Source: Candidatus Limnocylindrales bacterium
Lineage (GTDB): Bacteria; Chloroflexota; Limnocylindria; Limnocylindrales; CSP1-4
Reading direction: 5' to 3'
Length of the DNA stretch: 64,000 nt
Assembly: GCA_038328755.1 (NCBI GenBank)
Contig: JBBQMH010000005.1
Coordinates: forward strand, 88-64,087
The notes under the pieces are model-generated. The model was not told the DNA's origin, made no database searches, and saw nothing but the letters and a program-made list of their open reading frames with translations. The translations under genes and the position numbers were made by a program. Shown here in pieces: positions 14,179-27,441 of this stretch; the stretch's first letter is position 1, and every line of letters begins with the position of its first letter.

Positions 14179-14252
14179 TGGGTGTCTCCTCGGTGCCGTC
14201 CGATCGAGGGCACAATGCCTCGTCGGTGGTCGCCGCTCGTGCGGCTCTGTTC

Positions 14253-14531
14253 CTAGGCCTCGGCCGCAACGACGGCTTCGGTCTCGATGACGCGGACGCG
14301 CTTCTTGGTCCTGGTGGCGAATTCGAACTTGACCTTGCCCGGGATCCTGGCGAAGACCGTGTAGTCGTCGCCGAGCCCGGTGCCCTTGCCGGCGAGGAAG
14401 GTCATCCCACGCTGGCGAACGATGATGGTTCCAGCGGTCACGAGCTGGCCGTCGCCGGCCTTGATGCCGAGGCGCTGGCCAACGCTATCGCGGCCGTTCT
14501 TCGACGTACCGCCTGCCTTCTTGTGGGCCAT
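14253..14531 (-). CDS. rpmA: 50S ribosomal protein L27
   Basis: [24 protein letters not shown]... Confidence 0.96.
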   Translation of the reverse strand: MAHKKAGGTSKNGRDSVGQRLGIKAGDGQLVTAGTIIVRQRGMTFLAGKGTGLGDDYTVFARIPGKVKFEFATRTKKRVRVIETEAVVAAEA

Positions 14532-14536
14532 CTCGA

Positions 14537-15277
14537 CTACTCGTCCTTCTTCGCTGCTCGGGCACGCTTCGGCTTGGCGGCGGGGGCGGCGGCCTCCGTC
14601 GCTGCCTTCGCAGCCTTGGGCTTGGTGGTCTTCGCAGCCGCGAGGGCCGCCTTGGTGGTCTTCGCGGCCTTGGGGCCTGCGGCCGCCTTGGCACGGGACG
14701 TCGACTTCGCGGCCTTTGCCGTCTTCGTGCTCGTGGCCGCCTTCGCGGGCTTCGCGGCGGGCTTCGCGGGCTTCTTCGCGGCGGGCTTCGCGGGCTTCTT
14801 CGCGGGCTTCTCGGCCGCCTTCGCTGTCGGCTTGACCGCCGGAGCGAGCTTCGCCGCGAGGGCCGCGTCGGCCGCGGCCTGCTTGTGAGCTGCCTCTTCG
14901 AGCCGCTGTCGCTCGGTCTTCCTGGCCTCGACCGCCTTCGCCACGTCATCCGCGGCACTGCGCGTGCCGAGCATGATGTCGTTGATCCGCAGCACGGTCA
15001 GTTCCTGGCGGTGACCCTTCTTGACGCGCCGCCTGGTCTTGGGTCCGTACTTGAAGTTGATCAGCTTCTCGCCGCGGGTCTGGCGCAGCACTTCAGCCGA
15101 AACAGTCGCATTGGCGACGAGCGGGCGGCCGATCTCGGACGTGTCGCCGTCGGCGACGAGGAGGACCCGATCAAGGGTGATGGCATCGCCGGGTGTGACC
15201 TCGAGGAGCTCGACTTCCAGTTCGGTGCCGACCTCGACGCGGTACTGCTTCCCGCCGGTCTCGATGACTGCGTACAT
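14537..15277 (-). CDS. rplU: 50S ribosomal protein L21 with a 142-aa Ala/Lys/Pro-rich C-terminal extension
   Basis: [17 protein letters not shown]... begins at the Met at 15277 (ORF track starts at 15412). The canonical L21 core is about 104 aa. It is followed by a tail such as ...[37 protein letters not shown]... Confidence 0.9.
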   Translation of the reverse strand: MYAVIETGGKQYRVEVGTELEVELLEVTPGDAITLDRVLLVADGDTSEIGRPLVANATVSAEVLRQTRGEKLINFKYGPKTRRRVKKGHRQELTVLRINDIMLGTRSAADDVAKAVEARKTERQRLEEAAHKQAAADAALAAKLAPAVKPTAKAAEKPAKKPAKPAAKKPAKPAAKPAKAATSTKTAKAAKSTSRAKAAAGPKAAKTTKAALAAAKTTKPKAAKAATEAAAPAAKPKRARAAKKDE

Positions 15278-15373
15278 GGATCCTCTGCGGACGTGCGTGG
15301 CGGTCGCGCGGATGATTGCCGCGACCTGTGAGACAGGAGTAGGCACCCCGACATGGTCGAGGCGCGAAAGGGG

Positions 15374-15402
15374 AGTGTACGGCGAGCCCGTGCGAGCGTC
15401 AA
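15374..15402 (-). promoter_or_regulatory. Candidate sigma-70-type promoter for rplU-rpmA
   Basis: The minus strand reads TTGACG, a 17-nt spacer, then TACACT. It lies about 95 nt upstream of the rplU ATG. Confidence 0.4.
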
Positions 15403-15469
15403 TCGTGGGCACATCGTTCCGGATCCCCGTTGGAGCGACGCCAGAAATGCCCCTGCCCCGAGCGCCCGA

Positions 15470-16249
15470 TCACCCCTCCCCGGCCAGGATCAGGCGCTCG
15501 CGGGTCACGGCACTGCCGGCCAGCGTCGTGCCGATGATCTCGGACAGCGCCGCAAGCACCTCCTCGAGGCGACCGACTCCGCGCTCCGGATCGAACCTGA
15601 CGCTGACCCGGATCTCCACGCCGGCCGTGCCGCCCGCGGCTGGGCGGCGCATGTTGGAGCCCGCCGGCAGAACCTCGATGTCGGCGAGCAGCGGACGCAG
15701 GTCATAGGAAATCGAGCGTCCGCCCTTCTCGCGAGTTCGGATCAGGGAGGCAGGCGCCAGCAACTGCCGGGCGGCGGCAGAAACCGCCTCGCGATCGAGC
15801 GGATCGCCCCCTGAAGGGTGCTCCGGGGCCGTGATGGCGAGCCGATAGACCGCCGCGATGACCTGTCCCGAGAGCGTCGGCGCACCCAGCCAGAGGTCGT
15901 GGAGGTCGACCAGCTCGTGGCCCACGGGAAGACGGGGCACCAGCCTGGAGCGCACCTCAAACGCCGCCAGACGATCGGTGAGCAGGAAATCCATCAGTTC
16001 GCGCATGGCCACGAGACCGACCGCGATCGGTGCGGCGAACACCAACCGCGGTCGCGGGACCGGAAGATCCAGCCCGACCAGCGGGAGCCCACTCGTGACA
16101 AAGGCGGCCTCCCAGGCCTCGGCCTGCTCGCGCTGCTGGAGTTCCGGCGCACCCTCCCCACGGCGGTACGTCAGCCGCCAGCGCTGGCGCGCTTCGGCCG
16201 GAGGAGGGACCGGGCTAGGGGGATTCATCGCTCTGCTAGTCTGCCCCAA
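15470..16249 (-). CDS. TIGR03936/DUF2344-family protein (radical-SAM-associated)
   Basis: 259 aa. The pattern RWRLTYRRGEGAPELQQREQAEAWEAAFVTSGLPL..., the length, and the position upstream of rplU fit DUF2344. No radical SAM partner is adjacent. The start may be the Met at 16228. Confidence 0.55.
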   Translation of the reverse strand: MGQTSRAMNPPSPVPPPAEARQRWRLTYRRGEGAPELQQREQAEAWEAAFVTSGLPLVGLDLPVPRPRLVFAAPIAVGLVAMRELMDFLLTDRLAAFEVRSRLVPRLPVGHELVDLHDLWLGAPTLSGQVIAAVYRLAITAPEHPSGGDPLDREAVSAAARQLLAPASLIRTREKGGRSISYDLRPLLADIEVLPAGSNMRRPAAGGTAGVEIRVSVRFDPERGVGRLEEVLAALSEIIGTTLAGSAVTRERLILAGEG

Positions 16250-16251
16250 CG

Positions 16252-17457
16252 ATGGTCACAACCGCGCGTCGGCTTCCTCCGATGTCCCCTCGCGTCGCGC
16301 TGCTGGGCATCACGTTCGCGATCCTCGCGATCGTGCTGTACGCCGGCCGCGAGGCGCTCGGGCCATTCGTGGTTGGCTTGCTCGTCGTCTACCTGCTGGC
16401 GCCCCCGGTCGAGTTCCTCGTTCGGTTGAAGGTGCCCCGTGCAATCGCCATCCTCGTGGTCTATGCGGCCACGGTCGCCCTCGTGATCGAGGGCCTCAAC
16501 GTGATGCTGCAACCGCTCGTGGACCAGATCCGCCAGTTCGCCACGGACCTGCCCGACATCGTGACGCGGCTCCAGGCCCAGTTCGTCCAGTTCAGCGCCG
16601 TGTATCGCGGTCTCGAGATCCCGCCAGCAATCCGCCAGGCTATCGACGACTGGCTGGCCAAACTTGCCGCCGGCGACTTCGGGATCGACCCCACGGTCGT
16701 TCTACCCGTGCTCCAGGCGACCACCGCGATCCTCTTCGCTGTCCTGGCGTTCGTGATCGTCCCGGTCTGGTCGTTCTTCGTCCTCAAGGATCGCCCACGC
16801 TTGACGCGCGCCTTCGAGACCGCCATTCCGCGGGAATGGTTGCCCGATGTGGAGGCGGTCGTCGCGATCGTCAGTCGTGTCTTCGGATCGTGGGTGCGCG
16901 GTCAGATCCTGCTGGGCCTGACCGTCGGGATCGCCACGTTCCTCGGGCTTCTGTTCCTGGGCGAGGCGGTGAACCCGATCTTCACCCGGTTCGCGGTCCT
17001 GTTGGCGGTGATCGCCGGCGTCCTCGAACTTCTTCCGATCATCGGCCCGATCATCGCCGCCATTCCGGCGCTGCTCCTTGCGGCCACCGGCGGCGGAGAG
17101 GCGGTCGGCGCCGCCTTCCTTCTCTACTTCGGGGTCCAGCAGCTGGAGAACAACCTCCTGGTGCCAAAGATCCAGGGTGACGCCACGAATCTGCACCCCA
17201 GCGTGGTCATGCTCGCCCTGATCGTGGGTGGAGCGATCGGGGGGCTTCTGGGCGCGATCCTGGCGCTGCCGATCACCGCCGCGGCCCGCGACATCTACGT
17301 GCACCTGTTCGCGCGCCTGAGCACCCCCATCGGGCCCGTAAGTGGCGCTCTCCTGCCCGCCGGGGCAAACGCACTGGACGCCCCGGCCCAGTTGAGCGGC
17401 GCGACCGCGGGTGCCACTGAGCCGACCGATGAAAGCGAGCCAGCGACGCTCAGTTGA
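16252..17457 (+). CDS. AI-2E family transporter (PerM/UPF0118)
   Basis: 401 aa polytopic protein. The LELLPIIGPIIAAIPALLLA segment is characteristic of AI-2E family members. Confidence 0.78.
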   Translation: MVTTARRLPPMSPRVALLGITFAILAIVLYAGREALGPFVVGLLVVYLLAPPVEFLVRLKVPRAIAILVVYAATVALVIEGLNVMLQPLVDQIRQFATDLPDIVTRLQAQFVQFSAVYRGLEIPPAIRQAIDDWLAKLAAGDFGIDPTVVLPVLQATTAILFAVLAFVIVPVWSFFVLKDRPRLTRAFETAIPREWLPDVEAVVAIVSRVFGSWVRGQILLGLTVGIATFLGLLFLGEAVNPIFTRFAVLLAVIAGVLELLPIIGPIIAAIPALLLAATGGGEAVGAAFLLYFGVQQLENNLLVPKIQGDATNLHPSVVMLALIVGGAIGGLLGAILALPITAAARDIYVHLFARLSTPIGPVSGALLPAGANALDAPAQLSGATAGATEPTDESEPATLS

Positions 17458-18721
17458 GGTAGCGCACCCACACGTAGACCGTTGCGACGATCAGGGACTC
17501 GAAGACCACCAGCGCCCCGTACGGCAGGAATGCCCGGAAGGTGATCTTCTGGCCGGCCTGGGCGGCCAGGTTGGCCACCACGACGTTGGCGGACGCACCG
17601 ATGATCGTGGCGTTGCCGCCGAGGCAGGCCCCCAGGGCCAGCGCCCACCAGAGCGGCTCGATCGCGAGCCCGGCCCGCCCGAGATCCTGCACGACCGGAA
17701 TCATCGTCGCCGTGTAGGGGATGTTGTCGACGATCCCCGACGCGATGCCACTCAGCCACAGCAGCCCGATCGTCGTGACCGCCTCGCTGCCACCGGTCAG
17801 GGAGAACAGCGTGTCGGCAATCGACTGGATGATCCCGACGTGGACCACGCCCTCGACGAGGATGAACAGGCCGACGAAGAAGAAGAGCGTTGGCCACTCG
17901 ACCTCGTGGAAGACCGACTCAGGATCCATCCTGGCAACGAGCATCAGGATCGTCGCCCCGAGGAGGGCAATCGTGGCCGGTTCATAGCCAAGCGGGCCAT
18001 GGAGCAGGAACCCGATGAGCGTGGCTCCGATGACCAGGAGGCTCCGGCGCAGCAGGCCCGGGTCGGAGATGACATCGGTCTCGTCGAGACCCAGCGCCGC
18101 CTCGCGAGCGTCCTCTCCGACCGTCAGGGAGCTGCCGAACAGGACGCGCAGGGTGATCAGGAAGATGACGAAGATGATGAGCGCGATCGGACCCATGTTC
18201 GTGAGGAACGCCACGAAATCGAGGCCCGAGGCGGATCCGATCAGGATGTTGGGCGGGTCGCCGATCAGCGTGGCCGTGCCGCCGATGTTCGAGGCCAGGA
18301 TCTCGGCCACCAGGAACGGGATGGGCGCAACCCCGAGAATCGAGGCGATCGACAGCGTCACCGGGGCGATCAGGACGACCGTGGTGACGTTGTCCAGCAG
18401 GGCGGACAGCACCGCGGTGACGACGCTGAGCACGATCATCAACCGGAACGGGTGTCCCCCGGCAACCTTGATCGAGCGGATCGCGACCCATTGGAAGAAG
18501 CCGGTCCGGCGCAGGATGCCGGCCAGGACCATCATCCCCGCCAGCAGGAAGATGACGTTGAAATCGACGGCCGCGAAGCCTTCGTGCTGGTCGACGACGC
18601 CGAAAATGATCATCGCCAGGCCGCCGAGCAGCGCAGCGATCGTCTTGTTGATCCGATCCGTCGCGATGAGGGCGTAGGTGGCCAGGAAGATGACGGCCGC
18701 CACCGTGACCGAAGCCTCCAT
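17450..18721 (-). CDS. ArsB/NhaD-superfamily (SLC13-like) anion permease
   Basis: 423 aa with about 12 TM segments. The N-terminus is VIFLATYALIATDRINKTIAALLGGLAMI. Repeated hairpin motifs GGTATLIGDPPN and GGNATIIGASAN are present. Confidence 0.75.
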   Translation of the reverse strand: MEASVTVAAVIFLATYALIATDRINKTIAALLGGLAMIIFGVVDQHEGFAAVDFNVIFLLAGMMVLAGILRRTGFFQWVAIRSIKVAGGHPFRLMIVLSVVTAVLSALLDNVTTVVLIAPVTLSIASILGVAPIPFLVAEILASNIGGTATLIGDPPNILIGSASGLDFVAFLTNMGPIALIIFVIFLITLRVLFGSSLTVGEDAREAALGLDETDVISDPGLLRRSLLVIGATLIGFLLHGPLGYEPATIALLGATILMLVARMDPESVFHEVEWPTLFFFVGLFILVEGVVHVGIIQSIADTLFSLTGGSEAVTTIGLLWLSGIASGIVDNIPYTATMIPVVQDLGRAGLAIEPLWWALALGACLGGNATIIGASANVVVANLAAQAGQKITFRAFLPYGALVVFESLIVATVYVWVRYLN

Positions 18722-19221
18722 CAGGAAGCCGCCCCGGGCGCCTCAAGGGCACGGACGTAGACCAGCGCCAATTCCAGCAGATCCAGGTATCCGCTCGGAC
18801 GGCCATCGGCATCGACGATGTAGACCCCGCCGAGCTTGCGGCGGTGCATCACCCGAAAGGCGTCCCCGATCGTGTCCGCGAGCACCACCGCGGCGGGCGG
18901 CAGCATGATGTCCCCTGCAACGCGGACTTCCATGCTCTGGCTGAACTCGGTCGCGGTCGCCGCATCGGCCACGTCGACCAGGAGAGCCTCTGGAACGACC
19001 CGAGCCACGATGCTTTCCGCAACGCGGGTGACCGTGGTCACGCCAACCAGGCGACCATCGTCGTCGACAACCCCGATCAAGCGCGTCGCCGACTGGCGGG
19101 CTGCTTCGCGGACCACGTCCCGGAGATCAGCGGATAGCGGAACGAGCAGCTGTGGGATCTCGAGCAGGGCCTGGCATTCCTGGACGGTGGTCTCACGGGC
19201 GAGACGTGGTCGATCAACCAT
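18721..19221 (-). CDS. CBS-domain pair protein
   Basis: The segment from the internal Met (MVDRPRLARETTVQECQALL...) has two CBS-like repeats (...VGVVDDDGRLVGVTT... and ...GVYIVDADGRPSGYL...). Its stop abuts the start of the permease. Confidence 0.6.
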   Translation of the reverse strand: MVDRPRLARETTVQECQALLEIPQLLVPLSADLRDVVREAARQSATRLIGVVDDDGRLVGVTTVTRVAESIVARVVPEALLVDVADAATATEFSQSMEVRVAGDIMLPPAAVVLADTIGDAFRVMHRRKLGGVYIVDADGRPSGYLDLLELALVYVRALEAPGAAS

Positions 19222-19348
19222 GCGGGCGTTCCTCCGTGAACAGCGCCGTCCCGATAGACGAGCGGATCTGAGACAGCAGGGCCGCATTCTAGTCGATGCG
19301 GCGCCGATTCCCGTCCACCTGTTCGGTCAGATCACCTGGCAGATGCGC

Positions 19349-20509
19349 TTACCACTCCGCCTTGCCCTGTCGAATGTTGATGCTCTCGAGGATCCCGAGC
19401 CCCACCGCGATGCTCACGAGCGAGGCTCCTCCGTGCGTGATGAACGGCAGCGGGATCCCTGTGATCGGCATGATCCCGATCACCATCCCGATGTTCACGA
19501 AGAGCTGGAAGAGCAGCATCGAGCCGATGCCGACCGCGAACATCGTCCCGAACGGATCGCGCGAGCGCCAGCCGACCGCAATGACCCGCCAGATCAGCGC
19601 CATGAACAGACCGATCACCACCATCCCGCCGATGAAGCCAAGCTCTTCGGCGAGGATGGCGAACACGAAGTCGGTGGTCTGAACCGGGAGAAAGTCGAGC
19701 TGGTTCTGGGTGCTGTTGGTCAGACCCTTCCCGAACCAGCCGCCCGATCCGACGGCGATCTGCGACTGGTACAGCTGATACCCGGCGCCACGGATATCGG
19801 CCAGGGGATCGAGGAAGGATGTCAGCCGCTCCTTCTGGTAGTCGCGCAGCACATACGTCCAGATGAACGGCAGCGCGGCCACCACGCCCATGGCCATCGC
19901 TCCAAGCCAACGGAGGCTGGCGCCGCTCATGAACAGCATTCCCACGAGGACTGCTCCAAAGACGAGCGAGGTGCCGAGATCCGGCTGCAGGAGGACGAGG
20001 ACCAGCGGCGGGCCTGTCAGGGCACAGGCGCCGAGGATGCTCCAGAGCGATCCCATACGGCCGTGTCGGGAGGCCATGTAATTGGCCAGGATCACGATCA
20101 TCAGAATCTTCGCCAACTCGGAGAACTGGAACTGCAGGCCGAGCAGGCTGACCCACCGCGAAGACCCGCCCACGCCGGTGCCGAACGCGAGCGTCCCGCC
20201 GAGGAGCCCGAGCTGCAGCACGTACAGCGGCCAGGCAAACGTCTTGAGCCATCGATAGTCGAAGGCCGTGGCCAGTACGAAGGCGGTCAGGGCGATCGAC
20301 GTCCAGAGCAGGCCGCGAAGGAAGACCGACCCTGGAACCAGCGCTTCGGTCCCGCCGGCGACGGTGTTGCTGTAGGCCATAGCCAGCCCGAACCCGGTCA
20401 GCAGCGCCGCGTACGTCGCGATCTGCAGGTCGAAAGCGCGCCAGACCGTCCCGATGGAGCGCGCGCCCCAGTCGGTGGCCGGTGCCGGACGCGCGTCGAT
20501 TGTGCCCAC
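19349..20509 (-). CDS. rodA: SEDS-family peptidoglycan polymerase RodA
   Basis: 386 aa FtsW/RodA/SpoVE-type membrane protein (...PITGIPLPFITHGGASL...). It lies directly downstream of a PBP2-type gene and mreD. Confidence 0.85.
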   Translation of the reverse strand: MGTIDARPAPATDWGARSIGTVWRAFDLQIATYAALLTGFGLAMAYSNTVAGGTEALVPGSVFLRGLLWTSIALTAFVLATAFDYRWLKTFAWPLYVLQLGLLGGTLAFGTGVGGSSRWVSLLGLQFQFSELAKILMIVILANYMASRHGRMGSLWSILGACALTGPPLVLVLLQPDLGTSLVFGAVLVGMLFMSGASLRWLGAMAMGVVAALPFIWTYVLRDYQKERLTSFLDPLADIRGAGYQLYQSQIAVGSGGWFGKGLTNSTQNQLDFLPVQTTDFVFAILAEELGFIGGMVVIGLFMALIWRVIAVGWRSRDPFGTMFAVGIGSMLLFQLFVNIGMVIGIMPITGIPLPFITHGGASLVSIAVGLGILESINIRQGKAEW

Positions 20510-20517
20510 CGTCCTCC

Positions 20518-22452
20518 TCAGTTCGACTGGTAGAAGTTGCCGCGGGCAATGAGGTCGAAGTTGCGGTAATCCTTCTGGATCCCGTAGTGGAGCTGCAGGT
20601 AGTACTTGACGATCTCGGTCGCGACGTTGCCGATCGTGCGGGAGTCATACGCGAAGGCGAGCACCACGAGGTCGGAGTCGGTTCGAGTCACTGCCTTCAT
20701 GCCCGTCGGGTCCTGCGCCGTCGGGCTCGGATTCTTCGGCACGAACCCGACGAACCACGAGTGGAAGGGCAGCCGGCCCTCAGCGTCGCGGGTACCGAAT
20801 TCGGCCGTACCGGATTTTCCCGCGACGATGATCGGGAGATCCACGAGGTTGTACGTGTGGCGCAGGAGAACGGTGTTGCGGGCCGCCTGGCGAATCGTCT
20901 CGAGAACCGATGCCGGAATGTCCAGCTTGTGAATGACCTGCGTCTCGAACGTGCGCACGACCTGCCCACTCGGATCCTTGACGTCGCGGACGATCTGGGG
21001 TTGGTACAGCGTCCCGCCGTTGACGAGGGCCGCGTACGCATTGATCAGCTGGATCGGCGTAACGAGGTCGTATCCCTGGCCGATGCCCGCCTGGTAGGTC
21101 TCCCCGGGATAAATCGGGGAACCCAGCGTGTCGAGCTTCCATTGGTTCGACGGGACGGTCCCCTTGACCTCGCCGGGCAGGTCGATCCCGGTCCTCGAAC
21201 CGAAGCCGAATTGCTCCGCCCAATAGGCGAGCCGGTCGATCCCCAGCATCCCTGCCACTTGATAGAAGAACGTGTCGCTCGAGTGGCCGAAACCGCAGTA
21301 GATGTTGCAAAGGCCCCAGCCTCTGCGGTTCCACTCGACGTATTTGCTTGCCCCGATCGTGAGGTACGGGGCCGTCAGGAGTTGGGTCGACTTCGTGATC
21401 TTGCGGTCCGCGAGACCGCCGCTTCCGGTCACGAGTTTGTAGGTTGATCCCGGCGGGAAGTGCTCGGCAATCGCGTGGTTCGTCAAGGGCTTGTCCGGGT
21501 TGGCCAGCAGGTCCGCGTACTCGGCGGTGCTGATCCCGTGCGCAAAGAGGTTGTCGTCGTAGGTCGGCAGGCTGACCAGGGCAACCACCTCGCCGGTCTG
21601 CGGATTCATGACGATGACGACGCCGCGCTTCAGGCCGGCCGTTGACATGCCCCATCGGAGCGCCTTCTCGGCATACTGCTGCTCGGTGATGTCAATGGTC
21701 AGGTCGAGCGAATTGCCCGCAACCGGCTCCCGCACGGTCTGGAGGACCTGGAGTTTGCGGCCAGACGCATCCTTCTCGATGAGTTCTGCGCCGTAGGTCC
21801 CGCGCAGGATGGACTCGTACTGCGCCTCGAGGCCGGTCATGCCGATGAGGTCGTCCGGGAGGTAGCCGTCGGAAGCGAGGGCATCGAGTTGCCCGCGGGT
21901 GATTGGGCCGGTGTAGCCCATGACCGGCGAAAGGAGCGCCCCGGTCACGTAGTGGCGGCGCGATTCGACCACGATCTCAGTTCCGGGCAGGTCAAGGCGC
22001 GACTCCGCGATGAAGTTGGCGACCTGCGGATCGACATCCGAGGCGATGCGCACCAGATCGAATCGCGAACCCGGGTTCGAGTCGATCTCGATGTTGATGT
22101 CAGCTTCGTTCATCCTGAGCAGGGCAGCGAGGCGGCGCACGACCTCCCCGCGACGATCCTCCGGCAGGTCCGCCGGCCGGATCTTGACCGAATAGGACGG
22201 GACGTTGGTCACGAGGGGGAGCCCCGTGCGGTCGTAGATCACGCCACGCGTTGACTTGACCGCCAGCGTCACAGAGCGGTTCGCGTCCGCGAGCGTTGCA
22301 AATTGCCCGCGATTGGCCACCTGCAGCATGAACAGACGAGCACCGAGGACGGTGGCGAGCAGGGCCACGATCAGGCCGAAGACCGCGAACCTGGCCCGTG
22401 AGCGATCGGGCGCCGCTGGCTGTCCGCCAAGACCAACGGTGTCAACGCTCAC
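20518..22452 (-). CDS. mrdA: Penicillin-binding protein 2 (class B transpeptidase)
   Basis: 644 aa with an N-terminal TM segment. Contains SxxK (PGSTYK) and a KTG-type motif (AGKSGTAEF). Located between mreD and rodA. Confidence 0.85.
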   Translation of the reverse strand: MSVDTVGLGGQPAAPDRSRARFAVFGLIVALLATVLGARLFMLQVANRGQFATLADANRSVTLAVKSTRGVIYDRTGLPLVTNVPSYSVKIRPADLPEDRRGEVVRRLAALLRMNEADINIEIDSNPGSRFDLVRIASDVDPQVANFIAESRLDLPGTEIVVESRRHYVTGALLSPVMGYTGPITRGQLDALASDGYLPDDLIGMTGLEAQYESILRGTYGAELIEKDASGRKLQVLQTVREPVAGNSLDLTIDITEQQYAEKALRWGMSTAGLKRGVVIVMNPQTGEVVALVSLPTYDDNLFAHGISTAEYADLLANPDKPLTNHAIAEHFPPGSTYKLVTGSGGLADRKITKSTQLLTAPYLTIGASKYVEWNRRGWGLCNIYCGFGHSSDTFFYQVAGMLGIDRLAYWAEQFGFGSRTGIDLPGEVKGTVPSNQWKLDTLGSPIYPGETYQAGIGQGYDLVTPIQLINAYAALVNGGTLYQPQIVRDVKDPSGQVVRTFETQVIHKLDIPASVLETIRQAARNTVLLRHTYNLVDLPIIVAGKSGTAEFGTRDAEGRLPFHSWFVGFVPKNPSPTAQDPTGMKAVTRTDSDLVVLAFAYDSRTIGNVATEIVKYYLQLHYGIQKDYRNFDLIARGNFYQSN

Positions 22453-22949
22453 CAGTCAACTCGCTCTTCTGGACGCAGGCGATCCCGGATGGACAGGATC
22501 AGGGGGCCGAAAACAACCCCAAGGGCCGCATCGTAGGCCGCGCCCGGCATGAACGTTGCAAGCGGGTCCGCGATCGTGACGGGCGGGCGAATGGCGGCGA
22601 GCAGTCCCAGGAGAATCATCGAATATGCGAGGCTCGCAATCGGTACGGCGATCACCGGCGCGAGCGGCCGCAGCCGGATGAACGTACGCGCGATGATCAC
22701 GGTAATCCCAACCGCCAGGACGAGGGACAGAACGGAGAGCCCAAGCGGTCGCCCAGCCAGGCTATCGAGCAGGATCCCCCCAACGACGGCCCACACGAGT
22801 CCCCCTTCGATCCCGACGGCGATCGTCCAGATGACGCCGAACACAAGGACCGGGTGCGGGTAGGCATCGCCGAAGCGCAGGTACGGAACAAGACTCAATT
22901 CAGCCAGTGCAGCGATCGTCGCTCCGATCGCCGCGAGAATGTTGGTCAT
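22449..22949 (-). CDS. mreD: Rod shape-determining protein MreD
   Basis: From the internal Met: MTNILAAIGATIAALAELSLVPYLRFGDAYPHPVLVFGVIWT... A small polytopic protein that overlaps the mrdA start. Confidence 0.6.
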   Translation of the reverse strand: MTNILAAIGATIAALAELSLVPYLRFGDAYPHPVLVFGVIWTIAVGIEGGLVWAVVGGILLDSLAGRPLGLSVLSLVLAVGITVIIARTFIRLRPLAPVIAVPIASLAYSMILLGLLAAIRPPVTIADPLATFMPGAAYDAALGVVFGPLILSIRDRLRPEERVDW

Positions 22950-23117
22950 GAGGCGAGGGCGATCCTTGGCGTGCCGGCCAGGGGTCGAAGTTGGGGCTTC
23001 GCCCGCGTTCACCACAGACGGACGGCCGGGCCGCGTCCGATTCGCAGTATCCCACGGGTCCCCGACGTGGGCATTGAACCGCTGTTGGGCGAGCGCGGGC
23101 CGATCATCGCCGGTCGG

Positions 23118-23133
23118 TGTTTCACGTGAAACA
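23118..23133. promoter_or_regulatory. parS centromere-like site (perfect 16-bp palindrome TGTTTCACGTGAAACA)
   Basis: Read directly from the sequence. It is identical to the widely conserved ParB-binding consensus tGTTNCACGTGAAACa. It lies about 180 bp upstream of parA. Confidence 0.88.
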
Positions 23134-23271
23134 TTCCGGCCCGGATACGTGGCCGATGATCGCCGGGTAATGGGGCCGTGGCACGATCGCGTGACCTCGA
23201 GGGGGCCGATGGTCGGCGGCGACCTGGCCCACCTGGGCCCCGAACTGCGCGAGGGGGTGGAGGTCCGGAAC

Positions 23272-23280
23272 TGATAGAAT
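23272..23280 (+). promoter_or_regulatory. Candidate extended -10 promoter (TGATAGAAT) for parA-parB-gyrB
   Basis: TGnTAGAAT lies 35 nt upstream of the parA GTG. No clear -35 element is present. Confidence 0.35.
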
Positions 23281-23314
23281 TCGTGCTTGTGAAGCCCAAT
23301 TCAACGGGGACCCT

Positions 23315-24102
23315 GTGGGTCGCGTGATCGCCTGTACCAATCAAAAGGGCGGCGTCGGCAAGACCACCACGGTCGTCAATCTCGCGAGCTTCCTCGCGCT
23401 TGCCGGAGATCGGGTTCTCGTCATCGATCTTGACCCCCAGGGCAACGCCACCAGCGGCCTCGGGGTCGACCGGAGTGGCAGTTGCTCCGTCTACGACGCG
23501 GTCGTGGACGACATGGAGCTCCGCCAACTCGCATTGGAGAGTCCGATTGCCGGCCTCAGCGTCATCCCATCGTCGATTGCCCTGGCCGGCGCCGAAGTGG
23601 AGCTTGCGCCGCTCGAACAGCGCGAGCGGCGCCTGGCACGGCTGCTGGCGCCACTCCGGGACAACTACGACTACATCCTGGTCGATTGCCCACCATCACT
23701 GGGCCTGCTCACGGTGAACGCCCTGACCGCGGCGGACGGCGCACTGATCCCGATCCAGTGCGAGTACTACGCGCTCGAGGGCCTGTCACAACTGCTCGAG
23801 ACCATCTCGCTGGTCCGAGACCACCTGAACCCACGCCTCGCGATCGAGGGGGCCGTGCTGACGATGTTCGACGGCCGGAACAATCTCTCGACCCAGGTCG
23901 CCGACGAAGTCCGGACGCACCTCGCTGACCTGGTGTACGAAACGGTCATTCCCCGGAACGTTCGCCTGTCGGAGGCGCCCAGCCACGGGCTGCCGATCCA
24001 CCTGTACGCGCCCGAGTCACGAGGCGCAGCGGCCTACCGGTCGCTGGCCGATGAATTCCGGGCTCGGGTCATGGCCCATGCCAGCCCCGCAGTCATGGTG
24101 GC

Positions 24103-24106
<4 letters not shown>
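23315..24106 (+). CDS. parA: Chromosome partitioning ATPase ParA/Soj
   Basis: Deviant Walker A NQKGGVGKTTT. Also DLDPQGNATSGLG and RNVRLSEAPSHG. Confidence 0.93.
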
Positions 24107-27437
<3,331 letters not shown>

Positions 27438-27441
<4 letters not shown>

